Below are positions 8,592 to 16,131 of a stretch of DNA of 24,000 nt, piece by piece (within the stretch, counting starts at the first letter, position 1; the number at the start of each line of letters is the position of its first letter). The notes below the pieces were generated by a model. The model saw only the letters and a program-made list of their open reading frames with translations, was not told the origin of the DNA and ran no database searches. The DNA comes from Tepidiphilus sp. J10 (GTDB lineage Bacteria; Pseudomonadota; Gammaproteobacteria; Burkholderiales; Thiobacillaceae). Position numbers and translations under genes: made by a program. The DNA is taken from NCBI GenBank assembly GCA_945897955.1, contig CAMDGQ010000001.1:49373-73372 (forward strand), read 5' to 3'.

Positions 8592-8617
8592 GGGGCGGGC
8601 CTTGCGCCCGCCCTTTT
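8592..8617 (+). terminator. Rho-independent terminator after the cytochrome gene
   Basis: GGGCGGGC cttgc GCCCGCCC is an 8-bp GC stem (8593-8613) followed by TTTT (8614-8617). Confidence 0.7.
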
Positions 8618-8632
8618 CAATGGAGCAATGCA

Positions 8633-9169
8633 ATGCATGCATTCAATCGTTGGGCCGTGGCGTTGTTGCTGGTTGTCCTGCCCGCGCTGGCAGCCTGTGA
8701 CAAAGCCGGCGGCAAGATGGGAGGCCGCGCCGCCAACAGCGGCGATATCGCCACCGTGCACTTCACCGGCAAAACCGCCGATGGCAAGGTGTTCGAGACC
8801 ACAGAAGGCGGCAAGCCGCGCCAGGTGCATATCGGCGCCAACCTGATTCTGCCGGCTTTCGAACGCGCACTGATCGGCATGAAGCAAGGCGAGAAAAAGA
8901 CCTTCAGCGTGAAATCCGCGCAGGCCTACGGCCCGCGTTTCGAAGATGAAACGATGATTCAGGTCAGCTACAAGTCGAATCAGGCGCATGCGATGGATTA
9001 CCAGGTCGGACAGGTACTGGAAGCCAATATCGAGTATCCCGACGGGCGCAAGGCGAAACGCGAGGTGCGCATCATCGCCTCCGACGAGAAAACCTTTACC
9101 GTCGATGCCAATCACCCCCTGGCCGGCAAGGATCTGACGTTCGAGGTCACGCTGGTTGAACTGCGTTGA
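8633..9169 (+). CDS. FKBP-type peptidyl-prolyl cis-trans isomerase (SlyD-like, insert-in-flap), predicted lipoprotein
   Basis: Lipobox LAAC with Asp at +2 (..VLPALAAC/DKAGG). FKBP motifs VHFTGKTADGKVFETT, ILPAFERALIGMKQGEKK, AYGP and DANHPLAGKDLTFEVTLVEL. Confidence 0.85.
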   Translation: MHAFNRWAVALLLVVLPALAACDKAGGKMGGRAANSGDIATVHFTGKTADGKVFETTEGGKPRQVHIGANLILPAFERALIGMKQGEKKTFSVKSAQAYGPRFEDETMIQVSYKSNQAHAMDYQVGQVLEANIEYPDGRKAKREVRIIASDEKTFTVDANHPLAGKDLTFEVTLVELR

Positions 9170-9194
9170 AGCGTTGCCTCATCAGCGTAGCCGG

Positions 9195-9704
9195 TCAGAT
9201 GTAAAGGCAGATATCCGATTCCCCCGCGAACTCGAAGAACGTGGCCGCGCCGCCGTATTCGATGCCTTCGATGAACTCGGCATGATCGAAGCCGAACAGT
9301 TCTACCGTCATCTGGCAGCCGATGAATTTCACATCGGCTTCAAAACAGAGTTCGCGCAACTCCGGGATGCTGGCCACACCGTTGTTGCGGATGGTCTGCT
9401 TCATCAACACGGTGGCCAGGTTTTCGTAACCGGGCACCAGCGACTGCACGGCATTGGGGATGTTCCAGTTGATGTCCTTGAACCATTTCGGCCCGAACGG
9501 CATTTTCATCGGCATGCCGGGGTTGCCGAGCGGGCTGACCTTGAGGTGGCTCAAGTCCTTTTTCAGTAGTTGCAGGCCGTAGAAGGTGAAGAACATCTGC
9601 ACCTGATAGCCCAGCGCAGCGGCGGTGGAGGCCAGGATGAAGGGCGGATAGGCCCAGTCCAGCGTGCCTTTGGTGGCGATGATCGCCATTTTCTTTTCGT
9701 CCAT
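9195..9704 (-). CDS. DsrE/DsrF/DsrH-like family protein (putative sulfur-carrier)
   Basis: IIATKGTLDWAYPPFILASTAAALG..FFTFYGL..KFIGCQMTVELFG matches my memory of the DsrE2/3-like family with a conserved Cys. Confidence 0.7.
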   Translation of the reverse strand: MDEKKMAIIATKGTLDWAYPPFILASTAAALGYQVQMFFTFYGLQLLKKDLSHLKVSPLGNPGMPMKMPFGPKWFKDINWNIPNAVQSLVPGYENLATVLMKQTIRNNGVASIPELRELCFEADVKFIGCQMTVELFGFDHAEFIEGIEYGGAATFFEFAGESDICLYI

Positions 9705-9732
9705 GATGCGACTCCTTCAGTTTGTCAGTGGC

Positions 9733-10302
9733 TCAGTCCGTCCAGACGCGGCCGGCGAAAACGCTGTCCAGCGGGGTGTGGAACAGGTGGTTGGCATAAT
9801 TGCTCAAGGTCTTCACCGATATCGCCAGCACCACTTCGAGCATCTGGCTTTCGCTGAAGCCGGCGGCGAGGAAGGCCTGAACATCGGCCTGATTAGGCAG
9901 ACCACGCTGGGTCACCATGTTGCGGGTGAAATCGTGCAGCGCGGCTAGCTTGGCATCTGGAATCGGTGTGCCATTGCGGATTGCATCGGTCACCGCAGCC
10001 GGCACGCCGGACATCTGGTCGGCCAGGAAACTGTGCGCGGCGACGCAATAGGTACAGCCGTTCTCGCGGCTGATGGCGAGAAACACGACTTCCTGTTCCG
10101 CCGGCGTAAACCCGGAAAGTTCGCGGAAACGGTTGTAGCCGTCGATGTAGGTTGCCAACAGACCGGGCGAGTTGGCCATGACACGGTACATGTTGGGAAC
10201 AAAGCCGAGTTTGCTTTGCGCGTCGTCGAGCAGGGCTTTTGCCAGCGGCGCGGCCTGATCCGGATCGAGGGCAGGCAAAGTGAGTTTGTATTCGGATTGC
10301 AT
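9733..10302 (-). CDS. Carboxymuconolactone decarboxylase / AhpD-like alkylhydroperoxidase family protein
   Basis: The CTYCVAAH (CxxCxxxH) motif sits in a context typical of the AhpD-like fold (VPNMYRVMANSP.., EVVFLAISRENGCTYCV). Confidence 0.85.
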   Translation of the reverse strand: MQSEYKLTLPALDPDQAAPLAKALLDDAQSKLGFVPNMYRVMANSPGLLATYIDGYNRFRELSGFTPAEQEVVFLAISRENGCTYCVAAHSFLADQMSGVPAAVTDAIRNGTPIPDAKLAALHDFTRNMVTQRGLPNQADVQAFLAAGFSESQMLEVVLAISVKTLSNYANHLFHTPLDSVFAGRVWTD

Positions 10303-10359
10303 GGGAAATCTCCTGTTGAGTAATGAACCGTTCGTTCCAGATTGGCTAAAAAAAGGGGG

Positions 10360-10587
10360 TTACACCCCGACCAACTGCGCTGAATAACCCGATGCCCTGA
10401 CCGCGCCCAGCAACGCGGCTGCGCTGGCCTTGTCCGAGTTGAAGGCAACCAGCAGCAGATGTTCCTTGCCGGAATTGAAGCGCGGCGCTACGACGCCTTC
10501 GATCTGGCGCATGCGCTCTTCCATCGCCAATCGCGCTTCGGTGTTCAGGCTTTGATCAATGTGAATCATGATGTCGCTGATACTCAT
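10360..10587 (-). CDS. Hypothetical small protein (75 aa)
   Basis: Complete ORF with GGAGAT 4 nt upstream of the ATG. No motif recognised. Confidence 0.5.
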   Translation of the reverse strand: MSISDIMIHIDQSLNTEARLAMEERMRQIEGVVAPRFNSGKEHLLLVAFNSDKASAAALLGAVRASGYSAQLVGV

Positions 10588-10671
10588 GGCAATCTCCTTG
10601 TTACAACGTGGCGGGCGAGGCCCGAATGCTGCGGTTTATTGGACCGCATGTTCCATAACAGAGCAAAAAAA

Positions 10672-11265
10672 TCAGTCCAGCGCCTTCAGCACCATGCTGA
10701 TGATCCCCTGCAGCGTGGCCGCATCAGCGCCGGCCTTGGCTTGGGTTTTCAAGCCACTCATGCTGCTGACCAGGAAGTTGGCCAGCATTTGCGCATCGCG
10801 TTCTGGCGGGATGTCGCCTTCTCGCTGGGCGCGTTCAACCGCAGCCCGCAACACGTTGCGGAAGCGTTCGATGCTGTGCGCCACATCCTGTGCGATCTCG
10901 GGATCGCTCTGGGCGAATTCACTGGCGGTATTCATCACCAGACAGCCGCGCGGTTGCGCCTGGCCGCTGACATCGTTCAGCACCGAATTGAGGAAGCCCT
11001 CAATGAATTTGCGGCCGCTGGGCGCGCCGGACAATCCATCGCGCAGCATCTGGGTGAATTGATCGGCGTAACGCGCCACACATTGCCTGAACAATTGCTG
11101 CTTGCCGCCGAACGCCTGATACAGGCTGCTTTTGGACAGATTCATCGTCGCCAGCAAGTCCTGCATCGAAGTGGATTCATAGCCTTTCGACCAGAATTGA
11201 TGCATCGCGGCATCAAGCGCGAGGTCGGGGTCGAATTCGAGAGGTCGTCCAATGTTTGCAGCCAT
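10672..11265 (-). CDS. TetR/AcrR family transcriptional regulator
   Basis: GRPLEFDPDLALDAAMHQFWSKGYESTSMQDLLATMNLSKSSLYQAFGGK is a TetR N-terminal HTH. Start is chosen at ATG 11265 (MAANIGRP), the usual distance from the HTH. The track start at 11370 (ATGA with the cytochrome c stop) remains possible. Confidence 0.85.
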   Translation of the reverse strand: MAANIGRPLEFDPDLALDAAMHQFWSKGYESTSMQDLLATMNLSKSSLYQAFGGKQQLFRQCVARYADQFTQMLRDGLSGAPSGRKFIEGFLNSVLNDVSGQAQPRGCLVMNTASEFAQSDPEIAQDVAHSIERFRNVLRAAVERAQREGDIPPERDAQMLANFLVSSMSGLKTQAKAGADAATLQGIISMVLKALD

Positions 11266-11271
11266 AAGGTA

Positions 11272-11295
11272 TTTGTGGACCATACGGTTCACAAA
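11272..11295. promoter_or_regulatory. 24-bp near-perfect palindrome, candidate TetR operator
   Basis: TTTGTGGACCAT|ACGGTTCACAAA has 10 of 12 positions symmetric. It lies 7 nt upstream of the preferred TetR start. Confidence 0.4.
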
Positions 11296-11366
11296 GTCAA
11301 AGAAAATCTGGCGGCTTGCAACAGGCATGGCTTGTGTCGCAGCACAGTGGGCGGCATCCGACAGCA

Positions 11367-11978
11367 TCAAGGCTGGCGCCTGAAGCTGCCGACGTAATAG
11401 GTCAGATCCGCCGCTTCCCGGGTCCCCGTGGCCAGCGGTTTGCCCTTGAGGAACATTGCCACGCAGTTGTTCTGCATCTCGGTCTGGGTGATGACCCGGC
11501 CGTTGAGCGGCTTGTAGCTCGGGTAACGTTGCGCCACGTCGAGCAACGATGGGATGGCGACCTCATGTTCGCCGATACCGACCTTGCCGCCTGCCGTGCC
11601 GCCATTGGGATGGCAAGCCGCGCAATTGAGGCCGCTGGTGCCCAGACGCGAATCGTTGAACAACGCTTGGCCGCGCGCCAGGGCGTTTTGCTCTCCCTGG
11701 CGCATGGCTGTCATGCGTTCGCTTTCGTTCAACTTCATGAAGCGATCCATGTTGGCCAGCATGTCCGGCGATGCCGCATCGCTGAAATTGTGAACACTAG
11801 CGCCACTGCCATAGTGGGTGGGATAGTTCAGCCAGGGGTTGTTGGTGGGGTTGGCAGGGCGTGGTGTCGGCGTTCCAGGGCCATTGACGATGAATCCGGC
11901 GCTGAACGCCGGTAGCCCGACCATAGCGAGCACGACACAAAGCAGGCGTTGCGAAAAAATTTTGGCATAGGTTGGCAT
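11367..11978 (-). CDS. Secreted monoheme c-type cytochrome
   Basis: Signal peptide MPTYAKIFSQRLLCVVLAMVGLPAFSA and a single CAACH site. Start is moved to ATG 11978 (GGAGAT 5 nt upstream), because the track start at 12113 lies upstream of promoter copy 3. Confidence 0.8.
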   Translation of the reverse strand: MPTYAKIFSQRLLCVVLAMVGLPAFSAGFIVNGPGTPTPRPANPTNNPWLNYPTHYGSGASVHNFSDAASPDMLANMDRFMKLNESERMTAMRQGEQNALARGQALFNDSRLGTSGLNCAACHPNGGTAGGKVGIGEHEVAIPSLLDVAQRYPSYKPLNGRVITQTEMQNNCVAMFLKGKPLATGTREAADLTYYVGSFRRQP

Positions 11979-12027
11979 GATTGATCTCCATCGGTTTCGC
12001 CCAGGAAAAATCAGGCGCTGATGTTGA

Positions 12028-12053
12028 GTCGTCGCTCGCTTGAATTCCTGACA
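12028..12053 (-). promoter_or_regulatory. ECF-type promoter copy 3, reads leftward toward the cytochrome c gene
   Basis: Minus strand 12053->12028 = TGTCAGGAAT tcaagcgagcga CGAC (then tcaa). CGAC ends 50 nt before ATG 11978. Confidence 0.65.
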
Positions 12054-12162
12054 AATCATTTCGGGAACAAAACGCCCTCGTTCAGGACCGATTGGTTCAT
12101 AATCGCAGCGCACCGCGTACCGAATTCACTTGAAGAATCTTCCGCGCGAGAGGAGAAGGCTT

Positions 12163-12759
12163 ATGAGCGACAGCATTCTGGGTTCACCGGAGACCTGGTT
12201 GGATGAGCATGGCGCCGCGCTCTACAAATATGCGCTGGTGCATACCCGCGACCAGCACAAGGCCGAGGAAGCGGTGCAGGAAACCTTGCTCGCCGCTTTG
12301 CAGGCACGCGACCGATTTTCCGGTGGCGCATCCGCACGCACCTGGCTGATCGGCATCCTCAAGCACAAGATCATCGATATGTTCCGGCACGACGCGCGCG
12401 AGGTACAACTGGACGACCCGGACGAACTAGCCGATGCGGATGAAATGCAGGATACCGACAACTTTGCGTCTGACGGACACTGGCAACACAAGTTGTCCGA
12501 TTGGGGCAATCCGCAAGAATTGCTGGAACGCGGCCAATTCATGATCATCCTGCAACGCTGCATGGATGCCTTGCCACCGCGACTGGCGCGACTTTTCCTG
12601 TTGCGCGAGGTGATGGAAGAAAATACTGAAAACATTTGTCAGGAATTGGCGATAACGCCGACCAACCTGTGGACGATGCTGTATCGGGCCCGTTTGGGGC
12701 TCCGGCAGTGTCTCGACAGAAATTGGGTTGGCAACGCAATGCAGGCTGCCCGGAGGTGA
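12163..12759 (+). CDS. ECF (sigma-70 group IV) RNA polymerase sigma factor
   Basis: Region 2 EEAVQETLLAALQARDRF..TWLIGILKHKIIDMFRH. Region 4 LPPRLARLFLLREVMEENTENICQELAITPTNLWTMLYRARLGLRQCL. Start is at ATG 12163 (GAGGAG 7 nt upstream); the track start at 12130 is a TTG. Confidence 0.9.
   Translation: MSDSILGSPETWLDEHGAALYKYALVHTRDQHKAEEAVQETLLAALQARDRFSGGASARTWLIGILKHKIIDMFRHDAREVQLDDPDELADADEMQDTDNFASDGHWQHKLSDWGNPQELLERGQFMIILQRCMDALPPRLARLFLLREVMEENTENICQELAITPTNLWTMLYRARLGLRQCLDRNWVGNAMQAARR
12637..12662 (+). promoter_or_regulatory. ECF-type promoter copy 4, internal to the sigma gene, reads rightward toward the anti-sigma and GGDEF/EAL genes
   Basis: TGTCAGGAAT tggcgataacgc CGAC (then caac), embedded in the codons for ICQELAITPTN. 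CGAC ends 104 nt before ATG 12766. Confidence 0.6.
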
Positions 12760-12765
12760 ATGAAG

Positions 12766-13041
12766 ATGCTGACATGCAAGGATGCAAGCCACTTGATCTC
12801 GGAGAGTCAGGAACGCCGATTGGGTTTCCGGGAACGCTGGGGTTTGCGGATGCATCTCTGGATGTGCGTCAGTTGCAGTCGCTTCGAGCGGCAGATGGCC
12901 TTCATGCGGCAAGCTCTGCGGATGCTGGGCAAGCGTGCCGAGGACGAGACTGACAGCAGCGGATTCCCCCCCGAGTCGCGTGAACGTATCCGCAAGGCGT
13001 TGGCTGAGCGGGACAAGCAAACCCACGATCATCCCCATTGA
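12766..13041 (+). CDS. Soluble zinc-finger (ZAS-type, HxxxCxxC) anti-sigma factor
   Basis: HLWMCVSC is an H-x3-C-x2-C motif, and there is an upstream Cys (MLTCKD). No TM segment is present. The gene directly follows the ECF sigma gene, with GGAGG 9 nt upstream of ATG 12766 (12760 is also possible). Confidence 0.8.
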   Translation: MLTCKDASHLISESQERRLGFRERWGLRMHLWMCVSCSRFERQMAFMRQALRMLGKRAEDETDSSGFPPESRERIRKALAERDKQTHDHPH

Positions 13042-13108
13042 GCCCTCGCCGGCTTCAATGCCGGCCAGGTCTACCGAAAATCCGTGTAGCTCAAGGAGCC
13101 CGTTTGTG

Positions 13109-15382
13109 ATGCCCAGGCGGAATCGTTATTACATCCTCGGCGTATATGCCTTGTTGCTGGCATTGAGCGCCGGATTCTCGATCAAGATATACCACGACAG
13201 CCGTGCGCTTTACGGCGAAACCGTGGCGTTGATCGAGCAGGATCTACCCATCCTTGGCAGCCTTTCCAACCTGCGTGCCAACGTCGTGGCGCAGGAGCCC
13301 ATTCTTTACGAGTACTACGCCACCACCGACCGCGCGCGTTTTCGCCAGCGCTGGCAAGGCAATCGGCAGCTTGTTGCCGAACTGGGCACCAAGATTCGCC
13401 GGGACTTCCCGGGGCATCCGCGTTTGCTCGTGGTCGATGACCTCAACCGAGAGGTCGATGCCCTTTCTCTGGAGCTGGATCGATTACTCGGCGCCAAGCC
13501 GGTCGATTGGGATGAGGCGCGCGCCCTGCTGGAGGAAATCAGCCTGCACGCGGTGGAGATCAACGCCAACCTGGACAGGCTGGCCGAGGATGTGCACGGT
13601 CGCGTCGACAGCAAGGCTAGCGCCGCACAAATGCGCGTCGACACGATCAACTGGACGGCGCTTTTCTATAGCGGCGCAATGTTTCTGCTGGCCATCGCCG
13701 CCGGCTACTTGATCAATAGTTATCTTGCCGGCGCGCGTGAGCGCCGGCGTCTGGCCATGTTCGCCGAGCGTAACCCGAACCCCGTCATGAATCTCGACGC
13801 CGCAGGTGGCGTGCTGTATGCCAACCCGGCCGCACATTCGACGCTGGCCACCTTGGGATACAACGCTGGCCCGCTTACTCTGTTGTTGCCATCGGACATG
13901 CCTGCGCGGCTGGAGAGCATGCTCACCGAGGGGCTGGCAACCCGCCAATGGAATTACACCGCACTGGGGCGGGAATACGAAACGACGCTCCAATATCTGC
14001 AGGATTTCGAGTACTTCAATGCCTATCTGGTCGATGTCAGCGGACGCAAGGAAGCTGAACGGCGCATGGAATATCTGGCCGAACACGATCCCTTGACCGA
14101 TCTGCCCAACCGCCGCCGTTTTATCGAGGATATCCGCCGGGAAATCGCCAATGGAAGGTTGGGGGCTGTCGTTTTGCTCAGCATCGACCGTCTGCGGGCC
14201 ATTGTCGATGGTGTCGGTCATGGCGTCGCGGATCAACTTTTGCAGGCTGTTGCCCAGCGTTTGCTGCGTTCGCTGGCGGATTGCACCGACCAATGCTCGA
14301 ACGCGCATCTTTACCGATTCGAGGGCGCGGTATTTGGTCTGTTGCTGCCCTGTCTGGAAACGGAACAGACACCGGAACAGATCACGCGAAAGATCGCGCG
14401 TGATTTCGAGTCACCCATCCATGCAGATAACCAGGCTTTCTTTCTCGGGGTGAGCATCGGTGCCAGTTTGTTCCCCACCGATGATGGCGACGCGGTCAAT
14501 CTGATCAGCCATGCCGACCGCGCATTGCAACAGGTCAAACAACGCGGTGGCGGCGGGTATCGTGCCTATGACCGGGACTTGTCGATCCAGGCCGCCGAGC
14601 GGCTTGCGCTGGAAGGCGATCTCCGCCACGCGCTTGAACGTAAGGAACTGTTCATTCAGTACCAACCGCAGGTGGAGGTGGCGAGCATGCGCATCGTCGG
14701 CGTGGAGGCTTTGCTGCGCTGGCGGCATCCAACCCGGGGACTGATCTCGCCGGCCCAATTCATCCCGCTCGCCGAAGCGTCCGGCCTCATCGTGCCGATC
14801 GGTGCCTGGGTGCTGGAAACGGCGTGTGCCCAAGCGCAAGCCTGGCATACGACAGGTCTGCCCCGCATCACCATGGCAATCAATCTTTCCGCCCGCCAGT
14901 TCGCCACCGAAGATTTGGCAAGGGACATTGCGCAAGTCCTGAGCCAAACTGGGCTGCCGCCGCAATTCCTGGAACTTGAAGTCACCGAAAGCATGGCGAT
15001 GGATGATGTGGAACGCTCAATCAGGATATTGCGTGCAATGAAAGACCTCGGCGCTTGTATCTCGATCGACGATTTCGGTACCGGTTATTCCTCACTGGCT
15101 TACCTGCGCCGTCTGCCCATCGACAAGCTCAAGGTGGACCAGTCCTTTGTGAGGAATCTGGAAAACGATCCCGGTGATGCGGCCCTGGTTCTCAGCGTGG
15201 TGCAACTGGGGCATAGCCTGAACCTGAGCGTCATCGCCGAAGGCGTCGAGACGCTGGGGCAACTGGAATTCCTGCGCGGTACGGGGTGCGAAGAAATCCA
15301 GGGCTATTACTTCAGCCGCCCACTCGACAGTGCTGCACTGGAAACCCTGCTTGGCAGCGGCATCGCGGCATTTCAAGCGTGA
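13109..15382 (+). CDS. Membrane sensor protein: periplasmic helical domain - PAS - degenerate GGDEF - EAL (probable c-di-GMP phosphodiesterase)
   Basis: TM helices YYILGVYALLLALSAGFSI and LFYSGAMFLLAIAAGYLI. In the GGDEF domain the signature reads RFEGAVFGLLL (GGDEF replaced by EGAVF). The EAL domain appears intact (VEALLRW, DDFGTGYSSL, KVDQSF, AEGVET, QGYYFSRP). Start is ATG 13109 or GTG 13106, after AAGGAG. The track extension to 12935 overlaps the anti-sigma gene. Confidence 0.9.
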   Translation: MPRRNRYYILGVYALLLALSAGFSIKIYHDSRALYGETVALIEQDLPILGSLSNLRANVVAQEPILYEYYATTDRARFRQRWQGNRQLVAELGTKIRRDFPGHPRLLVVDDLNREVDALSLELDRLLGAKPVDWDEARALLEEISLHAVEINANLDRLAEDVHGRVDSKASAAQMRVDTINWTALFYSGAMFLLAIAAGYLINSYLAGARERRRLAMFAERNPNPVMNLDAAGGVLYANPAAHSTLATLGYNAGPLTLLLPSDMPARLESMLTEGLATRQWNYTALGREYETTLQYLQDFEYFNAYLVDVSGRKEAERRMEYLAEHDPLTDLPNRRRFIEDIRREIANGRLGAVVLLSIDRLRAIVDGVGHGVADQLLQAVAQRLLRSLADCTDQCSNAHLYRFEGAVFGLLLPCLETEQTPEQITRKIARDFESPIHADNQAFFLGVSIGASLFPTDDGDAVNLISHADRALQQVKQRGGGGYRAYDRDLSIQAAERLALEGDLRHALERKELFIQYQPQVEVASMRIVGVEALLRWRHPTRGLISPAQFIPLAEASGLIVPIGAWVLETACAQAQAWHTTGLPRITMAINLSARQFATEDLARDIAQVLSQTGLPPQFLELEVTESMAMDDVERSIRILRAMKDLGACISIDDFGTGYSSLAYLRRLPIDKLKVDQSFVRNLENDPGDAALVLSVVQLGHSLNLSVIAEGVETLGQLEFLRGTGCEEIQGYYFSRPLDSAALETLLGSGIAAFQA

Positions 15383-15393
15383 ATTGGGCTCGA

Positions 15394-16131
15394 TTACGTT
15401 GGCCGTGAAACCAGGTGCAGGTGCTGGGTCGTAGATTGCATCGCAGGCGAAATCTCTGTTTGTGGCTGATAGCTGAAGCGAACGCTCTGCCGTTCGCGCG
15501 ACATCTCGATGCGGGCAATGCTGTGGGTGCAGGCGTCCGGACGTGACATGCGGATGCCGGCGGCGGCATTGTCGCCACGGTGTTCATGGAAGGTAGCCAG
15601 TTGTTCGACGCTGGCCGACGCCATGTCGCCCACATCCCGGGCAAATGTGGCCAAACGCTGGCTGGCGATGACCTCGGGTTGATATGACGAGGTGGTCAGC
15701 AGGCAGCCCTCGGCGGCCAATTGTGTCGAAGTGGCATCGATGCCGTCCCAGGTCAGCAGGCTGGCCTGCGACGCATCGGCGGCAATCAGATGAAACGGCG
15801 GCACATCGTCCAGCCGTCGCGTTGCAATACGCTTGATCGCCGTCTCTACATCCAGGCAGTCGGCAGCGTGATGCGGCAACCAGCCGCGTGAGGCGGGATG
15901 AGTTGGGGCCAGACGCATTGCCGTTGCATGGTTGAGCAGAGCCAGGCTGAGCCCGTGTTCATTGACCAGCAGCCAGGTGCCGCCGCGCGCAGTATCGGTC
16001 GGTGCCAGATAGCGCACGCCGTTCGCTTCGAACGCGCGCGGTGGTAGCGCGACGGGCCGGCTGCGCTGTTCGTCGCGATTGAAGAACAGCACATAGCCGG
16101 TATCCAGGGGCTTCCAGGTCAGCGTACACAT
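15394..16131 (-). CDS. NRDE family (TANGO2-like) protein
   Basis: N-terminal MCT..FFNRDE signature. The start overlaps the end of the upstream DinB-like gene by 13 nt. Confidence 0.75.
   Translation of the reverse strand: MCTLTWKPLDTGYVLFFNRDEQRSRPVALPPRAFEANGVRYLAPTDTARGGTWLLVNEHGLSLALLNHATAMRLAPTHPASRGWLPHHAADCLDVETAIKRIATRRLDDVPPFHLIAADASQASLLTWDGIDATSTQLAAEGCLLTTSSYQPEVIASQRLATFARDVGDMASASVEQLATFHEHRGDNAAAGIRMSRPDACTHSIARIEMSRERQSVRFSYQPQTEISPAMQSTTQHLHLVSRPT

Noticed and set aside
12054-12162. GGAAC at 12072-12076 as a possible autoregulatory ECF -35 element for the sigma gene.
   Set aside because: No CGAC/CGT-type -10 lies at an appropriate 16-17 nt distance, and there is no similarity to the six-copy motif. 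I therefore leave the sigma gene promoter unassigned.
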